A stretch of 64,000 nt of DNA from Thraustochytrium aureum (Eukaryota), in assembly GCA_012862495.1 (NCBI GenBank), contig BLSG01000129.1, positions 1 to 64,000 on the forward strand, given 5' to 3'. The notes under the pieces are model-generated. The model saw only the letters and a program-made list of their open reading frames with translations, was not told the DNA's origin and did not search any database. Made by a program: the position numbers and the translations under genes. This document shows, in pieces, positions 53,763 to 64,000 of this stretch. How positions within the stretch are numbered: the first letter of the stretch is position 1; each line of letters begins with the position of its first letter.

Positions 53763-56700
53763 TCACGGCCCGGAGCCGAAAAAGGAGCGAATGTCGCTGC
53801 GCGGGCCAGCGGCCTCCTTGAGGCGCGCAGAGCGCAGCGTTCGGTGCAGCTTGCGGGTTTCGGCCTCGTGGCAAGGCGTGCAAAGCGTGCGAAAGTTGGA
53901 CAGGTCGGTCTGGCCACCACCCAGCGCAACTGCAAAGATGTGGTCGGCTTGCCAAAAGTCTCCCTCGACTGGGTTGTTGAGGAGCTTCTTCCCAGGCTTG
54001 AACGACGAGCCTAGGAGAACCTGGAAGCGCTCCGGGGGCGTCAGCGGTTTGATACGTTTGTACAAGCCATGAGCGTCCATCTGACAGAGCTGACAGACTC
54101 CGCGCTCGAGCTCGTAGAGCTGCCGACGGATCGCAGATCCGTTCAGCTTTACCCGCTGCTTGTTGTAGCACTCGAGGGAGCACACCGTCGCAACCCCGAC
54201 CTTGAGCAGGTCCTGTGGCACGGCCTCGCCACACTCGACGCAAGCTGGTGGGAGGTTGTTCGAGCGGGCCGCACCGTGGAGAGGAACACTCTCTCCGTCT
54301 CCCGTGGGCTTGGCGTATCGCTCAAAGCAGAGGGTGCGGCCAGAACTCTGCTCGCCAGCGTTGTGAGCGTCAGAGTTGGGCCCGCTCTGCATGTGAGATG
54401 CTTTCGCAGCACGGATGCGCTGCAGGGCGGAAAAGACAGGGGGCCTAATGACGTGACCGCAGAGCTCTTTTTGCTCGATCGCGCGGAGCGCATCCCATTG
54501 CCGAACAAAGGCCGACATCGCTTGGCGCGCTGTCGCCTCGCTGTGGATGTGCGATGGGAGGCCCATGCTTTGCCACTCGCGATCGCGGATGCTCGAGGGC
54601 TTGACGTTGACGCCCAGCGGCCGCTTGGCGGCGTCATACAGGAAAATCCGCCCAGTGTTGACGCTGACGCGAAAGTAGAGACCTGCGCGTATGCTCCCAC
54701 ACGAGGGGCTTTCGTTTGGCTTGGCCGGCGATTGCGAGGCGGCCTTAGGGGCGCCGAGTTGCTCCTGTTCGTCCTCGTCTTCGATCTCGTCTAGGATATC
54801 AAGGTCGCGGCCGCCGGGCGACCCAAACACCCGCTTCGATTTGGCCAGCGCTGAGCCTAGCGCGAAGGGCACCGAGCCATAGGCCTTGCGCTTGCTCTCA
54901 GCTCGTCGCTTCGCAGACCCCGATCCGGCTGGGTCGTCCACATGTCCGAGCCTGCGCTTGAGCCCGCTTGTGAGCGGCGGCGTCGAGAGGTAGGTCGCTG
55001 AGCGCGAAGGGGCAAGCGCCTCTTTTGCCGACGCAGTAAGGTCCACGGTGTTGTTGCGCGATTGGAGAGGCTCGCTTTGCGGAGGCGTCGGCAGGGGCTC
55101 GCACGAGTCACTGAGGTCGAGCACTTGATCCAGAGGTTGAAGATCACGGCGTCCGTGGCCTGCGGCGGTGCGCACGTGCTCGACGAGGCAAAAGGCACCA
55201 GCGCTGAGCTCGCAGATGAACAAGCAGGGTTCTTGGGGAGGGGCACTGAAGCGGGTGGGGCGGCCTTGCGGGAAGAGCCTGGGGCAGCGTGCTACATTTT
55301 AGCCAAGCGCGCATGTCTCCGGCTGGAAAGGCCTGGGCGCTGGCATTCGCTGCGTCGGTGTCGCCCAGCGCGAGTTGTTGTGCTTGGTCGCCNNNNNNNN
55401 NNNNNNNNNNNNNNNNNNNNNNNNNNNNNNNNNNNNNNNNNNNNNNNNNNNNNNNNNNNNNNNNNNNNNNNNNNNNNNNNNNNNNNNNNNNNNNNNNNNN
55501 NNNNNNNNNNNNNNNNNNNNNNNNNNNNNNNNNNNNNNNNNNNNNNNNNNNNNNNNNNNNNNNNNNNNNNNNNNNNNNNNNNNNNNNNNNNNNNNNNNNN
55601 NNNNNNNNNNNNNNNNNNNNNNNNNNNNNNNNNNNNNNNNNNNNNNNNNNNNNNNNNNNNNNNNNNNNNNNNNNNNNNCGCTTCGCTCGGCGCGCATGAG
55701 CGTCCGACCAGAGCCATCAAGAGCCTTGCCGACGGTATTGAGCTTTCGGCAGACCATGGGCCAAACGATGTCGTCCAAGGTGCCTTTGGCCATGAGGTAG
55801 TAGACGTTGACCGAGTCCTTTTGGCCGATGCGGTGCGCCCTGTCCTCGGCCTGGATCAAGATACCAGGCGTCCAATGCATTTCGACGAAAACGACAGTTG
55901 AAGCGGCTGTGAGCGTGATCCCTTGACCCGCCGAAGTGAGTCCGAGCAGCGCTACGCGAACCCCGGATTGTGGATTCTGAAAGTCGCAGACATTTTGGTG
56001 TCGATCTTTGGTTGGCGTCGCCCCGTCGATGCGCATGAGCCTTACCTTGCGCCTTGTGAACGCTGTCTCGAGCGCGTTGAGGACGTCGAGGTGGTGCGCA
56101 AAGACAATCACCTTGTCTGTGGCCTCGAGGATCATGGTGCAAATGTATTCTGCCGCCGCAGTCACCTTGGCCCTCCCCGTCGCCGTATAGAGCGCGTTGA
56201 GAAGCATGCGCTGGTCATTGCGTGCCATGCAAGCTTCGCGGAGGAGGTCGGGGTCTCCTCCTCCTCCGGCCATGCCTCCTTGGGGCCCCGAGCAAGCGCC
56301 GACGAGGGAGCGCAGGTCAACGTTTTTCAGGTCCTTGCGCATCTGCGCGACCTCGCGCATCTCCTTGGAGCCCTCGGCAATGTCGAGCCGGAGGAGCTGG
56401 CGACGCTTGGCTGGAAGCTGGTGCAGCACCTTGCTCTTGAGGCGCCTGACCATGCATTGCTTCAGCTTGGAGTGCAGGAGGTCGAGGTTTGAGGAGCCGT
56501 TCAGGTCCATGCCCCACGGCATGCGGCGCGGGTTGCAAAAGGCCCTGGTAAAGTCAGAGTACTTGGGGAAGAGATCTGGGCGCAACGTGGATACCTGAGG
56601 CCAGAGCTCGATGGGCTTTGCAAGGGCGGGCGTGCCGCTGAGGAGCGCGAGGCGGCTCGCCCCCGTCAGGATCGGGCTGAGCATCTGTGTTCGCACCGCA

Positions 56701-57548
56701 GTCCCGCTTTTGATGTAGTGCGACTCGTCCAAAATGACCACCTTGAACTTGTTGTCTGCAATGAGCTTGGCCACCGCACTGCCATTGGCAAACATCCCGT
56801 ACGTGACAATGCTCACCGCGGAACGCAGGTCGCCAGGAAACGTGCGCGACTTTACGATGTTGATGCTCCCGGGCTCCAGTTCAGGGATCCACCGCTCGAG
56901 CTCGTCCGCCCAGTTGAGCTTGACTGAGGAAGGGGTAACGATCAGGCAGGGCCACTCGCTCTTGAACGCGGCCGCGAAGGCGATCGCTTGAACTGTCTTG
57001 CCTAGGCCCATTTCGTCAGCGATCATGATCCGCCCGTTGCATTTGGCAACTGCGAACGCGACGCCTTGCTTCTGGAAAGGCATCAGCGTGCTTACGAGCG
57101 TCTGGGAGAGCGTCGGACGCGAGGCCAGGATCACCTCTGCCTGCTCCACAGACGGCACATCCCACTCTGCCGGATCGGCGAGGTCGTCCGAGTCTGGGGC
57201 AGCAGAGGGGGCCGATGCAGGGTCACGCGCAGCGGGGGTGTTTCCATGGTGCGAGTCGGCCCTGCTCTTCGCTCCAGCCTTGCCGCACAGGGTTTCGCGG
57301 ACGCGTTTCTGGTCGACAGCGGTGAGCTCGATCAGGCCCCCAATTTGGCCCGCGCTCAGCCCAGTGCCAGGGAAGCAGTCGAGATGGTAGTAGAGCGTTG
57401 ATTCGATTGGAAACCCTCCGCGTCCTCGTCCGCGCCCGCGGAAGGAAGACTTTTCAATAACTCGAATCTCCCCTTTGTTGATCTTTCCAGCACAGTTGCG
57501 CCCACGGCACGAGCTTCGGGCGCTTTTCGCATACTCTACGGCGACCAT
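53763..57548 (-). CDS. ZRANB3: ZRANB3-like annealing helicase/endonuclease: PARP-type zinc finger + SNF2 ATPase + HNH
   Basis: EYAKSARSSC..C..KINKGEIR..YYHLDCF; IADEMGLGKTVQAI, ILDESHYIK, LLSGTPAL, IDGATP, QGITLTAA, QAEDRAHRIGQ; C-terminal CQLC..WQADHI.AVALGGGQ..LSNFRTLCTPCH; terminal DIRSFF. Gap at 55393-55678. Confidence 0.9.
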
Positions 57549-58777
57549 CGCGCTTGCCTGCTTGTCCGCCCGCGAGATAGCGAGGTGGGTCTGATGCGAG
57601 CCGCCCTGCACAGCCAGCCAACCGCCCCCAGCAAGCGGGTTCCTGGTCTGCTCGCCCCAAGACCTGCGTGCGTCAAACGTGCAAGCGCGCACCGAGCGCT
57701 CTCTGACCGATCCAGTTCATTTGAATCCAAACCTAACCGAAGGCGCGGACAAACCTGACGGGACCCTCTGTTATCTCTAGAGGGACGCTGCCCCTTTGGC
57801 GCGGTAAAAGGGGATTCGCGCTGGCACTGCGCGGGGCGGCCGTGGCTCCGTGTGAGGAGCGAAGGCCGCTGTGATACGCCGACGTTCGCCTGCCTTTTCA
57901 AGTGCACACTGCAGGGGCGTACGCGGCACGTGCAGAGCAGCTGTGTGCCATTCGTCATCAACAAGCGGCGCTCGATTGGCTCAAATCAAAAAATCAATCA
58001 CGTGCAAACACCCACCACCACCAACGAGCTCTCCGAGCCGCCATGAGAACAAAGTTCAACAAACCAACCAAAACCAAATCCACAAGGACAACGGCGCGAC
58101 GACCGGCAGGACCCGGCGCACCACAAACACACACTGGCAGCCGTGACGGCGTTGATGAGACTGCCTGCCTGCCGCCGCTGTGGCTGGCAAAAGCCAACGT
58201 GGCACACTTTATCGCCAACCCTTTGAAAGGGGCTCTGTACTTACCCTCAAACGTGCCGAACTCGAAGCGTGCTGCGTCAATCGAGGCCAAGTGCGAAGAG
58301 TCGTTCTACTACCTACGCGCGCTGCGCCACACAGCCGAACAGCCTCCAACCACGCTTGCTCCAACCACTGGCATCGGCACGTCCGCGCAGTGCACGTCGT
58401 ATCGCGCGACAAGACGGCCTCGCCTCCTCCTCGCCTCGTTCTCGCCTCCTCCTCGCCTCCTCCTCGCGCCGAGACGCCGNNNNNNNNNNNNNNNNNNNNN
58501 NNNNNNNNNNNNNNNNNNNNNNNNNNNNNNNNNNNNNNNNNNNNNNNNNNNNNNNNNNNNNNNNNNNNNNNNNNNNNNNNNNNNNNNNNNNNNNNNNNNN
58601 NNNNNNNNNNNNNNNNNNNNNNNNNNNNNNNNNNNNNNNNNNNNNNNNNNNNNNNNNNNNNNNNNNNNNNNNNNNNNNNNNNNNNNNNNNNNNNNNNNNN
58701 NNNNNNNNNNNNNNNNNNNNNNNNNNNNNNNNNNNNNNNNNNNNNNNNNNNNNNNNNNNNNNNNNNNNNNNNNNNNN

Positions 58778-61700
58778 GCGCCGCGTGAGCGTGTTGCGGC
58801 ACAAGGCGGCACGCCTCTCCGGGTACCTGGGCCGCATCAAGGCGGAGGTGCCCCGCATCCGCACGCTCACGGCGCGGCGAGTTGACCACGTCGAGGTTGA
58901 GGAGCTCTTGCTCAAAGTGCTGCACAGCTCCTCGCAACTCGAGAGCCTCGACAGCGAGAGGGGCCTCTTGGCAGCGTTTGCCGCCTCACGCTCGCAAGCG
59001 CGCCTTCTGGATGAGTACCACCAGGACCTGGTGCTCTTGCTAGAGCCTGGCCTTGCGACCGAGGGCGGCGGGGCGGCGTACATAGACCGTGTTCTCCAGC
59101 GCCTGCGCGCCGAGCAGCGCCGGGACAACGAGCTCGACGTGGATGCGGACACAAAGACGCTCCGTGAAAGCTTGGAGATTGTACGATCCATCGGGGCGCT
59201 GAAGGAGAGCGCGTCCGCGCTTGAGCGCGCCTTTCGCGGCCTCGCCGGGAGGCAGGTCGACGAGAAGCTCAAGAACACCGAGAAACTCCGCCAATCTCTG
59301 GACCAGTTGGCCCTGGCCGCGCTCGAAATGGCAGATGTCGACCTGGCCAATATTGCGCCTGGCGACCTTGCGGTGGACGACCGACAGCCTCTTGGCACTA
59401 CCCCTTTCGGGCCCGTCGTGGCTGGCGTTTGGAGCGCCCGCCGCGTTGCGGTGCTGCGAGTCGCAATCCGACCGGGCTCGTTGGTATCGCAAGACGCGGT
59501 CCGAAAGCAAGTTGCGCGGTGGAGGAAGCTGGACCACCCTAACCTCATCAGCGTGCTTGGCACGTGCGCGCGCCCCGGTCGGGGGCTCGATATAGTCATG
59601 CAATGCGGGGACATTACCCTGCACGACGTTTTGCATCGTAGCGGCGCTCAAGCTCTTAGCTCAGAACAGGCCGAGGCTGTCATGCGCGGAACGGCCAGAG
59701 CCATGCACTACCTTCACACGCACAACGTGGTGCACGGCGGAGTGCGCCCCTGCAACATTTGGGTCAGCTGTGATCTTGGGCGCGTCCAGCTTGCCCCCTT
59801 CGCGTCGGATGACGACCAGCCGGAGAACACGCGGGCTGCTTTTCTCGCACCAGAGTGCAGCGCGCAGCCGGCGCGATGGACATCTCGCGCAGACGTGTTT
59901 GCCTTTGGGATGACGTGCTGGGAAATACTCCATGGCGAGTGCGCTCATCGCGTGCCCGGTCCACCGAAGTTTAGCGACGACCTCACAGTCAAGATCTGGC
60001 TCAAGCGCCTCGTGGAGGCGACCTGGGACCGCGACATCCGGAGAAGGCCATACTCTTCCGAGGTGGTGCGGGTCCTTGAGCAGCGCTCCGATCCGCGCAA
60101 GTCTTCGCGGCTCATTCAGAGCATCGTCGGCTGGCTCCGCCCTGCTTCGCTACCGAGGCGCGTTAGCCGCAGCGACGAGCCGAGCTTTCGCGTCGCCCTT
60201 CGGCCAGAGCTCACTCGCGCGGCGTCGGCCCCGTCTCTAGGAGAGGCCTTGGAAGACGTCGTTGTCGCCCCAGACGCGGCCCGTGCTGTGCCGGCGCGCC
60301 CTGGAAGAAGCGCCCGAGACGCGCTCCCGCCGCCAGGGCATCGCTCAGCGAGCAGAGAGCGCGAAGTCGCCAGCGCTCGCGCTCGGCACGCGCGAAACCG
60401 CTCGCGCTCCGGAATCACCTCAACTGGCAAGCTTCGAAGCGGCGGCCACCTCGCAAACCCGGAAGGCGCGAGCAAGCTCAGTGAACGAGGGGACAGCGGC
60501 GATCCCGGCCTCTCCGGCGGCTCGGCGAGCGAAAGCGGGTCCAGCGACGAGGAAGGCGAACTGGACTCAAATCAAACCGCCAAAATGCGAGACGAGAAAC
60601 TGCGCAACTCGCAAGGCCGCGTGCCCCCAAAGCTTCCACCGCGCCCGCGAGGGCGCTCGAGGGAACGGCATAACTTGCCTTGGCGTGGTGCGAGCGCCGA
60701 CCAGGCCCATGTCAGCCAAAGGTCGATGAAGAAGGATGGCGCGGACCGGCTCCGGGTTGCTCTGCAGACCCTTCGCGGACTGGAGACCACCGCGGACGTA
60801 GCCGCGTTGAGCTTGCCGCTTGAGAATATCGCAGAGGTTCTCACCGACTCCCACGTGGTTGTCGACATCCGTGATGCGCCAGAGCTCCTCTGGGCTATTC
60901 GCGAAAGCGTTGACAGTGAGCAAGCACAGCGCTGGGCACTCGTTGTAGTACGCGCCCTCGCTCTCGGGGCCCCAGGGAACCGTACTGCGCTACTGGATGC
61001 TGGAGCGCATCGCCATATCTTGGACGCGATGCGGATGCATATCGACGTGGCGTCAATACAGGGCAACGGTTGCGTGGCCCTTTATGTCCTGGTTCTCGCT
61101 TCTGATGGCCAGGTCGACGCCCGGAGCCAGGGCTTGCTCATGAGCGCTGGGGCGTGCTCGGACGTACTGCAAGCAATGCATGTCCACCGCGACAACGCCA
61201 AAGTGCAGGTGAACGCTTGCTGGGCCCTCGTCGGGCTTGCGAACAGCAACGCTGGCGTGCAGAGCGAGCTCTTGAGGGCTGACGCTCCGCGCAAAGTCAT
61301 TCGAACGATGCAGGTTCACAGGGACGACCCGCGCGTGTTGGAGAACGCAGCCGGGGCGCTCTGGAACATGATGGAGCGCAGCCCTGCTTGCCAAAAAGCC
61401 GTGCTTGCGGCTGCAGGCCATGTTGCACTCGTCCGCGCTCTCAAGGCGCACAAGTCGGACGCGAGGCTCGTGGAGAACGTGTTGGGCTGCCTTCGTTGCG
61501 TCGCCGAGGGCAATCCGACGAAAAAGGTGCGCCTTGCGACGTCGCGCAAGCTTGGCCTTCCGAAAGCGATGGTGGCCGCACTGCGCGAGCACCGTGGGAA
61601 CGAGGACCTCCAGGTGCAGCTCTTTGAGCTTGCCGCAGTTCTTGCAAAGGGCAGCCCACTTGCGCAGCATCGGCTGGTCTCCCGGGGGCTCCTCAACGAA

Positions 61701-61925
61701 GCGGAAGAGATCCACCGGATCCATTCGAGATCGTCCAGGGCCACCACTGCTTCTGCGACCTCCTTGCTTCGCACTTCGACGCGTCTGAACCGGTCCTTGA
61801 CCAATTATCGGTCGTCGCTTGTTTCTGTCGCGTCCTCCTCTGCGACGGACCTTTCAACGGAGTCGCGAGTGGTGGGCGTTATCAACAAGTTCCTCGCCGT
61901 CGTGCTCAATGATCATGCCCTTTGA
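58778..61925 (+). CDS. N-terminal helical domain + TKL-type pseudokinase + low-complexity linker + armadillo repeats; start in gap
   Basis: Kinase scaffold HPNL, MHYLH..VVH, APE, ADVFAFGMTCWEIL with dead catalytic motifs; ARM repeats ILDAMRMH..IQGNGCVAL, VLQAMHVH..VQVNACWAL, VIRTMQVH..VLENAAGALWNM. Confidence 0.82.
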
Positions 61926-62786
61926 TTGAGTCGTCGAGACCTTTCGTTTTGATTGAACACATGCTTTGACTATACATACTCCAAACTCTCCGTCGTTCAG
62001 TTTGTTGTCTCAGACGTCTGTCGGGTGCCTTCCAACGCGATGCTAACGGTCTCGGCTTGCCAAGCCCTGGCACGAATTGCGGCAAGGGCGCGGCCACGGC
62101 CCACGGGCGGCGCAGCGTTCTGACGAGCTGGGCGCGAGCGCCGCGCAACCGCTAGGTCTGCAGACGCGCAACGCAAGGCGGTGTCCGGCATTTTGCGCAA
62201 CGAGGGATGCCGGCTCGCGTTCGGAAGGGAGTGGGAAATAATGAATGGATTGATTTTGATCGATCGCCTGTCTCGGGGTCGGAGTCGGCGAGCTTGCGAG
62301 AATCTCGAAGAACCCCCGAAACCTTTAAAATGATTTTTGAATCGTCGGCGAGCGGGCGCTGGGCGGCGCTCAAACTCGTTTTGGGAGCATGCAGCCTGCA
62401 GGCAGGCCTGGCTGGCCCACTCTTGCCTTGCCTCGTTCGTTGCCTGCATCCGGATGCTGATGCGGGTCCCAACTGCTGAAGGGCATGGGGCGGCTGGCAG
62501 CTGCTTCAACAACAGCCCTGGTCCGATGTTGCCACGCCCACTGGCCACCCTCCTTCGCCTCGGCTTGAAACTCTGTCGCCAAACGAGGCAAAAACGTTGT
62601 CGCTGTCACTCTACCCGAGACTGCAGGCAGAAAAAAGAGACCGTGTTGAATTGTGTATGAAGCCAATAATTCTAGTTTCCTCCAAAGAGCGGAGAGTTAT
62701 TGGGTTGATGTGCAAAACATTCGCTTTGGCTGCACAGGCGTGCGCTCTGCGCGTTGCAGGTTCTGCGTGCGCGTTTCGGTCTCATT

Positions 62787-62830
62787 GGAGTGTCGTCGTC
62801 AGCAAAACGGAGTGTCGTCGTCAGCAGAAC
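62787..62830. repeat. 22-bp tandem duplication GGAGTGTCGTCGTCAGCA(A/G)AAC x2
   Basis: Units at 62787-62808 and 62809-62830. Confidence 0.85.
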
Positions 62831-64000
62831 GGATCAGGTTGTCATCGCTCCATCAGGAGATTGTCAGCGCGTTATGAGGAGATTTTTTGTCAACGCACCA
62901 CCNNNNNNNNNNNNNNNNNNNNNNNNNNNNNNNNNNNNNNNNNNNNNNNNNNNNNNNNNNNNNNNNNNNNNNNNNNNNNNNNNNNNNNNNNNNNNNNNNN
63001 NNNNNNNNNNNNNNNNNNNNNNNNNNNNNNNNNNNNNNNNNNNNNNNNNNNNNNNNNNNNNNNNNNNNNNNNNNNNNNNNNNNNNNNNNNNNNNNNNNGG
63101 AAAGAGGCGATTTGGGGCGTGCGCTCTGGTCCGGAAAGGGAACCTACTGCACCCATCTGGTTTGTGCACCCGCACCCACCAAAATCTCGGTTGTGGTGGC
63201 CGTTGCTTCCTGACGACGGTCGGAAGGTACTCTACTCGGCTCGCTCTCCGACGCCTTGCCGACACCGACTCCGACACTGTCAAAGATGAGCTCGTTCCGT
63301 CGGTTGAGGAAGGTGGGAGTGCTCGACCGGCCCGAACGACCGACCAAGTCGGATCCTCCTTGGACCGACCACCAAATTGCACAAATGCATGGGGCCGGCC
63401 AATCGATCCTAAATTTCGACGCTTCATCAGTGCCACAAACCAACTTGTTTGATTGGAAAGGAACTCTGCTCTGCACACCCAGCCAAATTTTGGTCTGGCG
63501 CAAGTCTGGCGCAGGAGTTATCAGAGACTCATCACCGGGGTGGCACCGCTTGCGCGGCTCTTCTCGCCACCAACGCTCTCCTTGGAAAATCGACATCGAT
63601 CGTTCGAGTCGTGGTGAGAGGACAGTCTCGGAACTGTTGAGGATGTAGAGCAAGGTAAGTCAGTGGAGTACGTGACATTCTTGCCTTGCGACGCGCCAGC
63701 CATCAGACGCCAATCTCACGTCGTGCCCTGGCGTCAGCTCGCTTGTGCAGTGCAGTACGAATACCTTCCCGGTAGAGTACCAGCTTACTCTGCTCCAGTT
63801 GGCCTATTGTAGAGTACTCTGCGTTACGCTCTTGCGCTGCACTGCGCAGCCCGGCGAACCAGGGCCTGAACACAACAAGAGCAGGCGGGACTCGCTTGAC
63901 AAGGCACAGTCAACGCCGTGCAACCTACGAGCAGCGCAAGGGCACGATCGGCGGTGAGCAAGACGGCGGCCGCTCTTGCGGGCGTCGGCACTCACGCTAT

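Noticed and set aside
51456..57548. SWIM + SNF2 + HNH neighbourhood as a prokaryote-like defence system or MULE transposase
   Set aside because: These are two ordinary eukaryotic genes (ZSWIM2-like and ZRANB3-like) with separate starts; I saw no DDE domain or terminal inverted repeats.
63099..63653. Short ORFs near the window end as a gene or TE fragment
   Set aside because: No recognisable motif and codon style unlike the real genes, so it cannot be supported.
1..64000. tRNA, rRNA or snoRNA genes
   Set aside because: None recognised by eye; tRNAscan-SE or Infernal would be needed to exclude them.

Overview
This is a GC-rich eukaryotic draft scaffold with many N gaps, not prokaryotic DNA. 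It is gene-dense with few, short GT-AG introns (67-142 nt, CTGAC/CTAAC branch points), which is consistent with a heterotrophic stramenopile such as a labyrinthulomycete/thraustochytrid (inference only). About 24 genes can be supported. Recognisable ones are a TesB/ACOT8 thioesterase, BCD1/ZNHIT6, a TTL-like ligase, an SLC10/SBF symporter, kinesin-1, a tandem-SET protein, ALKBH1, YqgF, TEX10-like, a Rab8-like GTPase, UPF0390, a VTT/DedA-like membrane protein, SF3B3, NUDT5, a secreted LRR protein, a PH/IQ protein, ZSWIM2-like and ZRANB3-like. Many genes carry single-base frameshifts at short homopolymers, which look like sequencing errors. The most notable items are: (1) two acyl-CoA-binding domains fused to a bacterial-type two-domain fatty acyl-CoA reductase (46.7-49.4 kb); (2) a helical-bundle + fully degenerate pseudokinase + ARM protein with an MLKL-like layout (58.8-61.9 kb); (3) a phased array of CGTCAC-N12/13-GTGACG dyads at 8.57-8.77 kb; (4) a ZRANB3 with an N-terminal PARP-type zinc finger, a TTL with several active-site substitutions, and a NUDT5 ending in a CaaX box. 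All family assignments come from motif recognition by eye; no searches were run.
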